From a virus: a stretch of 64,000 nt of DNA. Below the pieces are notes generated by a model. The model was not told where the DNA came from. It was given only the letters and a program-made list of their open reading frames with translations, and made no database searches. A program made the position numbers and the translations under genes. Each line of letters starts with the position of its first letter. The stretch's first letter is position 1. The stretch covers positions 96,001-160,000 of the IMG/VR virus record IMGVR_UViG_3300043392_000054; one strand, written 5' to 3'. Positions 1 through 10,173 of the stretch are shown here, in pieces.

Positions 1-16
1 TGTTGGTAAATTTCCA

Positions 17-442
17 ATGATTTCTAGAACAGCTAAACATGAAACAGAATTATCCTTAATTAGAACTGTTAATGCAAAAATGGCGAATATTTCAAATTCA
101 AAGCCACATATGCAAATGCAACGATATATCGGCGGAGAAGGATTTTATGCTTGGCATAGAGAAAATTATACAGATAATCCAACTATGTCGAAGCGTGAAA
201 TGTTTTACATCATTTATTTGAATGATGTTGAAGAATCTGGAGAAACAGAGTTTTTATTTAATCCAATGAAAGTTAAACCTAAAGCTGGCAGTATTATTTT
301 AGCTCCTGCTTTTTGGACTCATACACATAGAGGAAATCCATTATCTGACCCTAATGCTAGAAAATATATTATTACAGGTTGGTTAGAATTTACAGAAAAT
401 GTAAATGTTAATTATGATTTTTTAGAAGATTATACTATATAA
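17..442 (+). CDS. 2OG-Fe(II) oxygenase (probably 5'-truncated by the window edge)
   Basis: HxE/D (WHRENY) and distal HTHRGN motifs; frame is open back to the window start. Confidence 0.8.
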   Translation: MISRTAKHETELSLIRTVNAKMANISNSKPHMQMQRYIGGEGFYAWHRENYTDNPTMSKREMFYIIYLNDVEESGETEFLFNPMKVKPKAGSIILAPAFWTHTHRGNPLSDPNARKYIITGWLEFTENVNVNYDFLEDYTI

Positions 443-505
443 AAAGAAACTTTTTTACAAACTTTAATATAATTTATTCAATTTATACATTTAAATTCAA
501 ATAAA

Positions 506-1078
506 ATGGCTAAGAAAAGCACAAAAACAGAAAAGCAACAAGTTACGTTGCAAGATTTACAAAATTTACGAACAGAATTAGAGAAAGAGGCAGCAGAAAA
601 ACAAGTTGAATTAGCTAAACGTACTTATGAAATCGATTTTGAAAACATTTCAAACGTAACACGTACATTAGCTCATTTAAATAAAGATGTTAATTGGTCT
701 ACAAAGAATGCAGCTTTATTAGTATCTTTAAGTGATGCTTTATGGGATGAGCAAGCTCGTTTAAAGGCAGAAGATTCTAAAACTAGTGCAGTTGTTTCTT
801 TAAAGCAAGTAGACGTTAATACTTTGTACCAATCTCTTTTATCTGTACAAAGCACTGGAATCGAATCAGCTAGAAACTATGTTAAGTTATTAACTAATAT
901 CGGTGCACAGATTACGCAAGCAATGCAAGCAATGGCAACTGCAAATCAAGAAATTCAATCAATCCACGTTGAATTAGCAGAATTAGACCAACGTATTGAC
1001 CAAGAAACTGGTACTAATACTGAGGAATCTCAAGCAGAATCAACATTAGAAGCTGTAACAAATGAAACTATCCAGTAA
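506..1078 (+). CDS. hypothetical coiled-coil protein
   Basis: 190-aa ORF with normal codon usage and no recognised motif. Confidence 0.7.
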   Translation: MAKKSTKTEKQQVTLQDLQNLRTELEKEAAEKQVELAKRTYEIDFENISNVTRTLAHLNKDVNWSTKNAALLVSLSDALWDEQARLKAEDSKTSAVVSLKQVDVNTLYQSLLSVQSTGIESARNYVKLLTNIGAQITQAMQAMATANQEIQSIHVELAELDQRIDQETGTNTEESQAESTLEAVTNETIQ

Positions 1079-1598
1079 ATCTAAAAGTAGATTAGAATTA
1101 TTAGACATGATTGCAGAGGGCATTTCAAGCCCTGATGTATTCAACGTCATTAATTACAAATCTCAATCAGAGGATAAGATTAAGCAATTTGTATATCCTC
1201 ATTTAGTTGATGCTTTAACCGAATGGGTAATGCAAAAGAAAGATTTTAGTAGAGCCTTAGCAAAAGAAAAAGCTAAGGCCATGCTAAAATGGGAGGGTAA
1301 TGTAAACACTACAATTAATCATACTCATTTTATGGGTACGGCCAATAGACCTGATATGATTGTAGAAACAAATGACCTTAAAATTGCAATTGAATTTAAA
1401 AGAGGGACAGCAGGTTCAGATTTACGTTCAGGTTTTGGTCAATGTATGATTTACTCTACTATCTATGATTTTGTGTTATACATGTTTATTGATACCACGT
1501 CAGATTCTAAAATAGCTAGAGCTTCTAATGGAATTGCAGAACAAAATTTCTTAGAAGATTTATGGAATAATTTTAATATTAAATTCGTCATCGTTTAA
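1062..1598 (+). CDS. PD-(D/E)xK nuclease-fold protein
   Basis: RPDMIVE...IAIEFK motif followed by GQCMIY. Confidence 0.6.
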   Translation: MKLSSKSKSRLELLDMIAEGISSPDVFNVINYKSQSEDKIKQFVYPHLVDALTEWVMQKKDFSRALAKEKAKAMLKWEGNVNTTINHTHFMGTANRPDMIVETNDLKIAIEFKRGTAGSDLRSGFGQCMIYSTIYDFVLYMFIDTTSDSKIARASNGIAEQNFLEDLWNNFNIKFVIV

Positions 1599-2119
1599 TG
1601 AAGATATTTTTTACAGGTAATTTACAGTTTGGTCGACCAAGCGCAATCAAACAATTTAAGCGTCCATTTGAGGATGTTAATCACATGAATCAGGTTCTAG
1701 TTGAAAATTGGAATAAAACAATTACAGATGAAGATATTGTATATGTTTTAGGTAATTTTGCATGGGACCCAACTACAGCTGAAGAGATGTTAGGCAAATT
1801 AAATGGCACTATTGTAATTGTACCTGGAGAAATTGATGAACCTATAATCGAATTAAATGATAAGGATTTAATGCCAGAAAATAGTGCGTTAATAGAAAGC
1901 ATATTTAGTTCATACGAAGATGGCTTAACTGTTTCATATTGGCCTTTAATGGAATGGCCACACAAATCAAAGGGTCATTATTCTTTCTTTGGTTTTCCAA
2001 GTGCTAAATATAAAACAGACCATAAGAAAAAAATGGTTAATATGGCATGTGATTTCTGGGGTTATAAACCACAATCTTTAGATTCTATTTTAGATTTATT
2101 TAAAGATATTGAATCTTAA
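1598..2119 (+). CDS. calcineurin-like metallophosphoesterase homolog with degenerate metal ligands
   Basis: FFTGNLQFG / VLGNF / VPGEID align with the canonical FTSDxHFxH / LGDF / GNHD blocks, but the key residues are substituted. Confidence 0.65.
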   Translation: MKIFFTGNLQFGRPSAIKQFKRPFEDVNHMNQVLVENWNKTITDEDIVYVLGNFAWDPTTAEEMLGKLNGTIVIVPGEIDEPIIELNDKDLMPENSALIESIFSSYEDGLTVSYWPLMEWPHKSKGHYSFFGFPSAKYKTDHKKKMVNMACDFWGYKPQSLDSILDLFKDIES

Positions 2120-2685
2120 TGGTAGGCAGAAAAGAAATTCCTTATTTCTTACAAAGAACTGATTTAGTAGGAGTCGAGATTGGAGTACAACATGGTGTTT
2201 TTAGCATGTATTTACTCGAATCTGGACTCTTTAAAAAATTATATTCAATTGACCCATATCCAGTAAAAATTCCTGGTGTTTTTCAAAATGGAGAACAATA
2301 CTATTGCAATGATTCAAATGAAACATATGAGATAGCTGTACAAAATCTATCTCAATATGAGGAATCGGAGTTGATTAGAAAATATTCTAATGTAGCAGTC
2401 TTTGATTTTAAAGATGCTTCATTAGATTTTATTTTTATAGATGGTGACCACACTTATGAAGGTGTAATGAATGACCTTACTTTATGGTGGCCTAAATTAA
2501 AAGTTGGAGGCATTATGTCAGGTCATGATTACTGGGATATGGAAATGGATTGTGGTGATAATATTATTTCTACATTTAAGGTAAAATCAGCAGTGGATGA
2601 TTTTGCCAAAGAACACAATATAAAGGTACAAACTGTCAAAGAGGAATCTTTGGAAGATTGGTATAGCTGGTTTTTTTTAAAATAA
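2119..2685 (+). CDS. class I SAM methyltransferase (Methyltransf_24-like)
   Basis: VEIGVQHG, LDFIFIDGDHTYE and GGIMSGHDY motifs. Confidence 0.85.
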   Translation: MVGRKEIPYFLQRTDLVGVEIGVQHGVFSMYLLESGLFKKLYSIDPYPVKIPGVFQNGEQYYCNDSNETYEIAVQNLSQYEESELIRKYSNVAVFDFKDASLDFIFIDGDHTYEGVMNDLTLWWPKLKVGGIMSGHDYWDMEMDCGDNIISTFKVKSAVDDFAKEHNIKVQTVKEESLEDWYSWFFLK

Positions 2686-2704
2686 TTTAAAAAAATATAC
2701 TGCA

Positions 2705-2739
2705 ATATTTTTTATTGTCAAATATTTTTGTTAGATTTA
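2705..2739 (+). promoter_or_regulatory. Bacteroidota sigma70-type promoter
   Basis: T-tract/TTGTCA, then TAGATTTA at 2732-2739. Confidence 0.65.
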
Positions 2740-2776
2740 CATCATAATAATTAACAATACAACTTAATCCAATTTT

Positions 2777-3385
2777 ATGCAATTAACTTATAGAGAATTA
2801 ACAGAAAACTATTTAGCATCTCGTTCTGAAAAAGACTTTACTGCTCTTTATCGAAAAGTTAAACCAGGTTTACGTTCTTATATTTATAAAATTATCAAAG
2901 ACCAAGAGGCAACTGAAGATGTTTTAGTTAACACTCTTGCAAAAATGTGGACCAAAATTGAACAATATGACCCACAATATCAAATCACAACATGGTTATA
3001 TCGTATTGCATTTAATGAATGTATTGGTTTTATTAATGACCGAAACAAGAAAACTTCTTTAAATAAATTATCTGAATTTGGAATTGAAGTTGAAGACGGT
3101 GGTTTAATTAGAGAAGAATTGTCTATTCTATTAGAAGATGCTGAAGCTAAGACAGAACAAGACTTTTTAGATGAAGACTTGGAATTAGAATTACAGTATA
3201 CTAATTGCTTAAAAGCTATTCAAGACCTTAAACCCATCTACAAAGAAATTGTTATAGATAGATTAATCCATAATATGAAGTATGAGGATATTGCAGAGAA
3301 ATATGATTTACCTTTGCAAACTATTAAGAATCGTATTCTTCGTGGAAAAAGAATTATTGCTGAACAAATTGAAAACAAGGATTAA
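2777..3385 (+). CDS. ECF-type RNA polymerase sigma factor
   Basis: Region 2 (TTWLYRIAFN) and region 4 (YEDIAEKYDLPLQTIKNRILRGK) motifs. Confidence 0.9.
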   Translation: MQLTYRELTENYLASRSEKDFTALYRKVKPGLRSYIYKIIKDQEATEDVLVNTLAKMWTKIEQYDPQYQITTWLYRIAFNECIGFINDRNKKTSLNKLSEFGIEVEDGGLIREELSILLEDAEAKTEQDFLDEDLELELQYTNCLKAIQDLKPIYKEIVIDRLIHNMKYEDIAEKYDLPLQTIKNRILRGKRIIAEQIENKD

Positions 3386-3603
3386 TGGCATCTTATCCTG
3401 ATGTATTGATAATTTATAAAGCTTCTAAAACAAGTAAAAAATATCAATTAAAGATATTTGAAAATACTCACGTTGATACGATTTTAGAAACTATAAAAAG
3501 GAAACCTCTAATTCCTAAAGAATGGCAATTAGAGGTTATTTCAGTTGGAACTAGTGACGCTAATGTGCTAGCTTTAAAAAAGAAATACAATATTAAAAAA
3601 TGA
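3385..3603 (+). CDS. hypothetical protein
   Basis: 72-aa ORF coupled to its neighbours. Confidence 0.6.
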   Translation: MASYPDVLIIYKASKTSKKYQLKIFENTHVDTILETIKRKPLIPKEWQLEVISVGTSDANVLALKKKYNIKK

Positions 3604-4505
3604 AGACAATTTGGGTTCTTGAAAACATCCGAAAAGACTTTGACTTCTATCAGCGATTTAATCTATTAAATCTAATAGCATCAACTGCTTTATGGAGAAA
3701 ATGGCATCCTAATGATACGACTGAATTATATTGCGATTTAGGAACTTATCAGCTTTTAAATTACTTTCAAGTTTTAGACCTATGGGATAAAGTTGACTAT
3801 TCTATTTTAAGCAAAGAATCTAAAATAGATAAAAATTGCATGTGGGCCGCATCTAAATTAGAAGTTTTAACCACAATACAAGAACCTGTGACAATGGCTG
3901 ACAATGATTGGTTAGCTTTTGGAAATTTTGATGATATTAGAACTTTATCAGATGTTGTTTATTCACATGATGAAAACGGAGATGATTACTATTTAGCAGA
4001 CCATGAATGGTATTTAACTGATTTAAAATATACTCCTATTAAAGAAACTCTTTTTCCTACAACACAACAAGCTGCAAATGTTTCATTTTTAACCTTTAAC
4101 AATACCGATATTCTTTCAAAATATGCTAATATGTCAGTAGACTTAATGACAGAATGGACGGAAATGGGTATTAAAGACAATAGACTTATTATTTATGCTG
4201 AACAAAAACTATTAAAGCAAATGCTAATGAAAAATAATATTAGTCATTCTCCTTTAATTAAAGATATTTGGCATTGCAAAGAAAATAAATGGTCAACTGA
4301 CTTTAATGAATCTGGAATTTGGAATTCTACTGAAATCTGGAGTAAATTTAAACATTATGGACCAGATAAAAGAAAGTATAAAGATAATGAGCCTGGATTT
4401 GAGTATGAAAGAGAAGTTAGATTTTTATACAATGCAATAGGTTCTAGCAAAAGAGTTGATGTAGAACTACTTAAAAATAAAATAAAAGTAATACCAAATG
4501 TCTAG
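3600..4505 (+). CDS. hypothetical, possible GT-A-fold glycosyltransferase-like protein
   Basis: MADND (DxD-like) and YAEQKLL motifs; sits in a glycan gene cluster. Confidence 0.45.
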   Translation: MKTIWVLENIRKDFDFYQRFNLLNLIASTALWRKWHPNDTTELYCDLGTYQLLNYFQVLDLWDKVDYSILSKESKIDKNCMWAASKLEVLTTIQEPVTMADNDWLAFGNFDDIRTLSDVVYSHDENGDDYYLADHEWYLTDLKYTPIKETLFPTTQQAANVSFLTFNNTDILSKYANMSVDLMTEWTEMGIKDNRLIIYAEQKLLKQMLMKNNISHSPLIKDIWHCKENKWSTDFNESGIWNSTEIWSKFKHYGPDKRKYKDNEPGFEYEREVRFLYNAIGSSKRVDVELLKNKIKVIPNV

Positions 4506-5463
4506 CAAATATAACAATCCTAAATTTTGGGTAGCAGAGCAAATAGGATTTGATAATTGGCCAAAACCAAAGGAACCTATTAAAAATACAGGTGATAAAC
4601 CACTAGCAGTTGTCTATCAAACTTGGAGTACTGAAGCGTATTTACCATATATGTACCATTCTATTTTATCTCAGTTGATGTACACTGATATTTTAGAAAA
4701 GTGCGATGTTTACATTTTTGTTGATGAAGAAAGATATGAATATACTAGTTGGTTATTTAAAGATTTAATTGATTCTAGTTCAATTATCAAAGTATCAAGA
4801 ATGATGGCAGTTAAATATATGGTGACATGTCATCCTGTATTACATAAATATAAAGCAGTTTCAGTTTGTGATTCAGATATGTTTTTTTATAGTGAATCAA
4901 AATTAGATTTCTATCAAAAGATTGAGGATAAATTTGAAACAAGCAATGATATTCTAATGATTGAGGATAATTTACCAGCTAAGAAAATATTTTGGGAGCG
5001 TCATAGAGACCTAAATAATAGAGTAAAGGCTGAAGATTATCTTGATTTTTTTGTAGAAAATACCGGGATTTATAAGGAACAATTAGAAGATTGGATAAAT
5101 TCAAATCCTTGGTACTTAAGCCCTTTATTTGTTTATAACCCTAAAACATATATCAATCCAAGATATTATAAGTATGCTATTAATTGTGCATATAACGAAT
5201 TTTATTGTGATGAAACAGTGTGGATGGTTTGGGCTAAAGCTAGAATGATAGATTTTAAACCAGTTCATAAAGAAATAAAAGACACGGATGTTGTAGTAGA
5301 TTTTGTTCACACTAAATTAAAGGATTATCTTAAATATAGAGTTGACAATAATTTAGGTTTAACTCTAATTCATCCATTATGTGGAGACCAAAGGATTAAT
5401 CCAGTTTGTGCAGAATTATTATTTAAAATACAAAAAGATTTTAGAGTATATTCTTTATCATAA
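4498..5463 (+). CDS. hypothetical GT-like protein, paralog of the N-terminus of 5463..7085
   Basis: KFWVAEQ..TEAYLPYMYHSILSQL..CDSDMFF. Confidence 0.5.
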   Translation: MSSKYNNPKFWVAEQIGFDNWPKPKEPIKNTGDKPLAVVYQTWSTEAYLPYMYHSILSQLMYTDILEKCDVYIFVDEERYEYTSWLFKDLIDSSSIIKVSRMMAVKYMVTCHPVLHKYKAVSVCDSDMFFYSESKLDFYQKIEDKFETSNDILMIEDNLPAKKIFWERHRDLNNRVKAEDYLDFFVENTGIYKEQLEDWINSNPWYLSPLFVYNPKTYINPRYYKYAINCAYNEFYCDETVWMVWAKARMIDFKPVHKEIKDTDVVVDFVHTKLKDYLKYRVDNNLGLTLIHPLCGDQRINPVCAELLFKIQKDFRVYSLS

Positions 5464-7085
5464 TGGAATTAAAAAAATATACGTATAGTAAATTTTGGTT
5501 AGCAGAGCAATTTGATTTTGATAAATTACCCGTTTCTCATAATCTCATAAAGAATACTGGTAAATCAGTTGCAATTACATATCATTTATGGAATACAGAG
5601 GCATATATGCCTTATATCTATTATTCTATTTTATCACAATTAGCATATACTGATGCTAGTAAAGAAGCAGACATATATCTTTTTGTTCAAGAAGAATTTT
5701 ATGACTATACGGTATACGTATTTAGAAATCTTCTAGATAAAAACTGTATAATTAAAGTAAGCCGTGAGGAGGCACAAAAAGATAATACTCTTGCAAATTC
5801 TATTTTACAAAATTATGAAGTTGTAATAAGTTGTGATGCAGATTTATTTTTTAAATCAAATGATAACTTTAATAGTTTTGAATTCTATAGAAGATTAAAA
5901 AAATACTATGAAAACTATGAAGGTATTATAGTAGATGAAATTCACGAAGAATTACTAAAGTTACCTATATTTATTTATAAACCAAATCGTAATATAGCAT
6001 GGCCAGCCTCATGGCCACCTAAAAGAGGTATGAGCATAATATATTTAGATGTATTTGATTCAGAACTAAAATTTTCAAAGCTTCTTATAAAAGGAAATGA
6101 ATTTAATACAGATAATTTAAATGTATTAAAGCAGATAGAAAGGGATTTTAAAATTAAAAGAAATAAGGAAAATACAAATTTAGTTGTTTCTAGAAGTTGG
6201 AGAGAATTTAAAGAACAACAGTTTGTAGCTATATGTGAACTAGTAAATAAATTTGAAGATTATAAACTAGATATTCATATTAACATAAATTTAGAAATAG
6301 ACCAAGTCTTGTTAAAGAAACTTGATAATTATTTATTAGAATCTGGTCATGTTTTGACTATTTATACTGATAATGAATTAGACCAATATGCATTAAAAAA
6401 TGGAGCAACCCAATCACATTTAGCTAAGTTTAAAGAATGGGGTTGGATTTATCATTTGTTATTATACCATAAATTATATTATGAATTTGGTGTAAATTAT
6501 CTGTTAACATACGATGATGATATTTTCTTTAATGAAAAACCAATTGGTGAATTATTGTATCTTGTAAATAATCAGGTTCCTTTTGCATGCGCTGACCAAT
6601 ATGCAGATTCAGATAAATGTATGATGGGTAAATTATGCGTTTTATTTGGAGCAGAAATCAATGATGAGTATTACGCAAATACATCTGCTTTATATTCTAC
6701 TAACTCTGGCTTAATGGGGCTTGATAATACTATGTTTAGTAAATTTGAAACCGGAGATAATTTTAGAAAGATGCTAGACCTGTTTGAATATAGAAAATGG
6801 GACCATAAAACTATGTCAAATTTAGGTTATGATGATTATAAAATACTTCTACAAGAACAGTCTTTTTTGGGCATCTTAAACAGAGTTTTTAGTAATAGAA
6901 CGCATAGAATCTTAGATGAACATGATGAATATATTATTTCATCAGACTTAGAACAAATTAGAAAATCAAAAGTCGAACATTATGTGAGTGTCTCTAAATA
7001 TAGTGATGAATACTCACAAAAATTACAAAACAAATTAATAGAATACACAAATAAAATTGAAACTTTATTAAATCAATTGGTATAA
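5463..7085 (+). CDS. two-domain GT-like protein
   Basis: KFWLAEQ..TEAYMPYIYYSILSQL..CDADLFF, then a second DxD domain (YDDDIFF, NSGLM, QEQSF). Confidence 0.5.
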   Translation: MELKKYTYSKFWLAEQFDFDKLPVSHNLIKNTGKSVAITYHLWNTEAYMPYIYYSILSQLAYTDASKEADIYLFVQEEFYDYTVYVFRNLLDKNCIIKVSREEAQKDNTLANSILQNYEVVISCDADLFFKSNDNFNSFEFYRRLKKYYENYEGIIVDEIHEELLKLPIFIYKPNRNIAWPASWPPKRGMSIIYLDVFDSELKFSKLLIKGNEFNTDNLNVLKQIERDFKIKRNKENTNLVVSRSWREFKEQQFVAICELVNKFEDYKLDIHININLEIDQVLLKKLDNYLLESGHVLTIYTDNELDQYALKNGATQSHLAKFKEWGWIYHLLLYHKLYYEFGVNYLLTYDDDIFFNEKPIGELLYLVNNQVPFACADQYADSDKCMMGKLCVLFGAEINDEYYANTSALYSTNSGLMGLDNTMFSKFETGDNFRKMLDLFEYRKWDHKTMSNLGYDDYKILLQEQSFLGILNRVFSNRTHRILDEHDEYIISSDLEQIRKSKVEHYVSVSKYSDEYSQKLQNKLIEYTNKIETLLNQLV

Positions 7086-7109
7086 TTTAAGAATTTAATC
7101 AATATCAAC

Positions 7110-8552
7110 ATGAATTTCGTAGACGCTTTAAGACAAGAAAATATGACAACCGAGAATGGTATGACTACTAACTCAACGTCACTAAACGCATGTGTTGACA
7201 TGTTCTTTAATATTGGGGCGATGCGAGCTTTAGATAAACAACGTTTAATTGCAGAATTTTCTAAAGCATTTAATGAAGATTCAACAAGAGCATTAAAGAT
7301 TCTTTTTTGGGCTCGTGATGTTAGAGGTGGTGCTGGAGAACGTCAAATCTTTCGTGATATTATTCAATACATGGCTGAAAATCATACATCGGCTCTACAA
7401 AATAACATTCAATATATTCCATTATATGGTCGTTGGGACGACTTATTAAGTTTAGTTGGTACTCGTCTTGAAAAACAAGCATTTGAATTTATTCAAATGG
7501 GTCTTAGTGCTAAAGATGGACTTGCAGCTAAATGGATGCCACGTAAAGGCCAAATTGCTGAAAAATTACGTAAGTTTATGGGCATGTCTCCAAAACAATA
7601 TCGTAAAACATTAGTTAATTTAACTAATGTAGTTGAAACTAAAATGTGTGCAAAAGAATGGGATGCAATCGATTTCGGTAAGATTCCTTCGTTAGCATCA
7701 GCACGTTATCAAAAAGCTTTCGGTAGAAATGCTTATGAAAAATATTCACAATACATTCAATCCTTACAAAAAGGAGAGGCTAAAATTAATGCAGGTGCAG
7801 TATATCCTTATGATGTAGTTAAGTCTTTAAATCATGGAAACTGGGAAGTTGCAAATGAGCAATGGAAAGCTCTACCAAATTGGATGGAAGGCTCGAACGA
7901 AATGTTATTACCATTGGTGGACGTTTCTGGTTCAATGTCAACTTCAGCTGGTGGAAATCCAAATGTGACTTGTATGGATGTTGCAATCTCTTTAGGTCTT
8001 TACATTTCTGAAAAGAATGAAGGTCCTTTTAAAGATGCGTTTATTACATTCTCTGCTAATCCTGAATTACAAGTATTAAGTGGCTCATTAAAGGAACGCT
8101 ACACACAGATGAAAGGTGCCGACTGGGGCATGAACACAAATCTTGAGGCAGCCTTTAAACTGATTTTAAATCAGGCCACTCGTCATTCATTATCTCAAGA
8201 AGATATGCCAAGCAAACTCTTAATCTTATCAGATATGGAATTTGACGAAGCTACAAGTGCTCGAGGAGGTTGGTTTGCTCCAAATGAAGAAAATGTTAAT
8301 TGGAATCCAACTGCACAGCAAATGATTGAACAAATGTATGCAGACGCAGGTTATGCAATGCCTCAAATTGTATACTGGAACATTCAATCCAGAAATGGTG
8401 GTGTGCCAGTTGCATTTGACAAAGAGGGAACTGCTTTAGTATCAGGATTCTCTCCAGCAATTATGACCTCTTTAATTAAAGGTGAAATTACTTCAGCTCA
8501 ACAAATAATGGATACAACCATTATGAGTGAGAGATACGCAAATATTGGTTAA
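7110..8552 (+). CDS. DUF2828-family TROVE/Ro60-like helical + vWA protein
   Basis: TENG..STSLNACVDMFF, ARDVRGGAGER, YGRWDDL, AKWMPR, MIDAS DVSGSM, ILSDMEFD, VYWN. Confidence 0.85.
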   Translation: MNFVDALRQENMTTENGMTTNSTSLNACVDMFFNIGAMRALDKQRLIAEFSKAFNEDSTRALKILFWARDVRGGAGERQIFRDIIQYMAENHTSALQNNIQYIPLYGRWDDLLSLVGTRLEKQAFEFIQMGLSAKDGLAAKWMPRKGQIAEKLRKFMGMSPKQYRKTLVNLTNVVETKMCAKEWDAIDFGKIPSLASARYQKAFGRNAYEKYSQYIQSLQKGEAKINAGAVYPYDVVKSLNHGNWEVANEQWKALPNWMEGSNEMLLPLVDVSGSMSTSAGGNPNVTCMDVAISLGLYISEKNEGPFKDAFITFSANPELQVLSGSLKERYTQMKGADWGMNTNLEAAFKLILNQATRHSLSQEDMPSKLLILSDMEFDEATSARGGWFAPNEENVNWNPTAQQMIEQMYADAGYAMPQIVYWNIQSRNGGVPVAFDKEGTALVSGFSPAIMTSLIKGEITSAQQIMDTTIMSERYANIG

Positions 8553-8565
8553 TATATAAAAATAT

Positions 8566-8616
8566 TGGTTCCTTACAGCAAATTATAAAACTATATGGCT
8601 TAGAAAAGGGGAACCA
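8566..8616 (+). ncRNA. small RNA: terminal stem + UACAGCAA motif (copy A)
   Basis: TGGTTCC (8566-72) pairs with GGAACCA (8610-16); TTACAGCAA follows the 5' strand. Confidence 0.55.
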
Positions 8617-8618
8617 GA

Positions 8619-8869
8619 TGGAACGATACAGCAAAAAGTATCTAAATTCTATGATCAGGTTGGGAACTAGTGTGGAGCGCAAGCGATGAAGCACCCCGAC
8701 GAGACCCGGAGAATAGTGCCCTGGTTTAAAACTAAAAGTCACGTCATCAACTTCTCATTGTAGGTGAAGAAGCCCAAAACCGTCGAAGTATAGTAGACCG
8801 TTGAAGCAGAAGCCGAAGATGTAAAAAGAGATATAGCTGCCGAGCTGAATAAAGACGAACTTCGTTCCA
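8619..8869 (+). ncRNA. ~250-nt structured RNA: terminal stem + UACAGCAA motif (copy B)
   Basis: TGGAACGA (8619-26) pairs with TCGTTCCA (8862-69); TACAGCAA follows; GC-rich with no credible ORF. Confidence 0.55.
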
Positions 8870-8878
8870 GTTAAATTT

Positions 8879-8922
8879 AATCCTGAAAAAAACTTTGAAA
8901 AAAGTTGCTTCAGGATTTTTTT
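8879..8922 (+). terminator. intrinsic terminator
   Basis: AATCCTGAA/TTCAGGATT with inner AACTTT/AAAGTT stem and a T-tract. Confidence 0.6.
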
Positions 8923-8947
8923 ATGTCGAATCTTTTTAGTATATTTA
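8914..8947 (+). promoter_or_regulatory. Bacteroidota sigma70-type promoter
   Basis: TATATTTA at 8940-47. Confidence 0.65.
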
Positions 8948-8969
8948 CAGTATACTAATAAACAAAGAC

Positions 8970-9428
8970 ATGGAAAAATTAACTTACATCAAAACATCTG
9001 AAGCTATTGAAGGTTATGCTGATTCTTTAATTGCTAAAAATGAGTACAATGATTGTGTTGTTAGAGCTTTTGCTTCATCAATTGAAATGCCGTATGAAAA
9101 AGCACATGCTTTTGTTACAAAAACGTTTAAAAGAAAACCTAAAAAAGGAGTTCCAACATTTCCTTTAATAAACTGGTTAAAAGAAAATTATCAAATTATT
9201 GGAGATAAAAGAACCACTTTTAGTAAATATGAATCTCCGTGTACCTATTATAAAGAACGTAGATTTCAAATGAGTGTTGGTAAATTTGCAAAATTACATC
9301 CAGTTGGAAATTATTTCTTATTAGTTAGCGGCCATGCTTTTACAATTAAAGATGGTTGTGTAATTGGAAATGTTGCAGATGCAATGAAACCCAGAACTAT
9401 TGTACAATTTGCATTTAAAATAAAATAA
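8970..9428 (+). CDS. conserved phage protein, possible Cys-His peptidase-like fold
   Basis: NDCVVRA...VSGHAF motifs. Confidence 0.45.
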   Translation: MEKLTYIKTSEAIEGYADSLIAKNEYNDCVVRAFASSIEMPYEKAHAFVTKTFKRKPKKGVPTFPLINWLKENYQIIGDKRTTFSKYESPCTYYKERRFQMSVGKFAKLHPVGNYFLLVSGHAFTIKDGCVIGNVADAMKPRTIVQFAFKIK

Positions 9429-9432
9429 CAAA

Positions 9433-10173
9433 ATGAAAATAGTTACAATCTCAGATACACATAATTCTCATTATGCTTTACGCGGAGAATTTGAATTACC
9501 AGATGGAGACTTATTAATCCATGCTGGTGATTTTACTATGTATGGTTATAAGCATGAAGTAGAAAGCTTTTTTTCATTCTTAAAAAAACAAGTTCATAAA
9601 TATAAATACGGGATTGTGTTTATTGCAGGCAATCATGACCGTTCATTTGACCCTAAATATTTTAAGGAATATGAAGACCATGACCTATTTTCAAAACATA
9701 TAGAGCCAGATAAACCTTATTGGTTACAGAATTTAATAAAAGGACTTCCAGATAATATACATTATTTAGAGAATTCATCTATTGAAATTAATGGTGTTAA
9801 TATTTGGGGCTCTCCTATTACACCTTGGTTTTTTGGAGACCGTTGGGCTTTTAATTCGCATCGCCATGAAATTGAAAAGTATTGGGAAACTATACCGAAT
9901 AACACTGATATAATAGTAACTCATGGTCCTTGTTTTGGTAAATTAGACCGAGTTAAAGATGGTCTTAATGTTGGTTGTGAAGCTTTGCTAGAACGAGTAG
10001 AAGAAATACAGCCAGTGTTGCATATTTCTGGCCATATTCATGAGGGTTATGGAAGTTCTAGAAATGAAACAACTGATTTTATTAATGCTAGTTTTTTAGA
10101 TGAAAGATATTTTAATAAACACACAGCTATTACATATGAAATTTACGGACCTAATTCAGACTATATAAAATAA
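9433..10173 (+). CDS. metallophosphoesterase (MPPED-like)
   Basis: SDTH, HAGD, GNHD, THGP and GHIHE motifs intact. Confidence 0.9.
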   Translation: MKIVTISDTHNSHYALRGEFELPDGDLLIHAGDFTMYGYKHEVESFFSFLKKQVHKYKYGIVFIAGNHDRSFDPKYFKEYEDHDLFSKHIEPDKPYWLQNLIKGLPDNIHYLENSSIEINGVNIWGSPITPWFFGDRWAFNSHRHEIEKYWETIPNNTDIIVTHGPCFGKLDRVKDGLNVGCEALLERVEEIQPVLHISGHIHEGYGSSRNETTDFINASFLDERYFNKHTAITYEIYGPNSDYIK

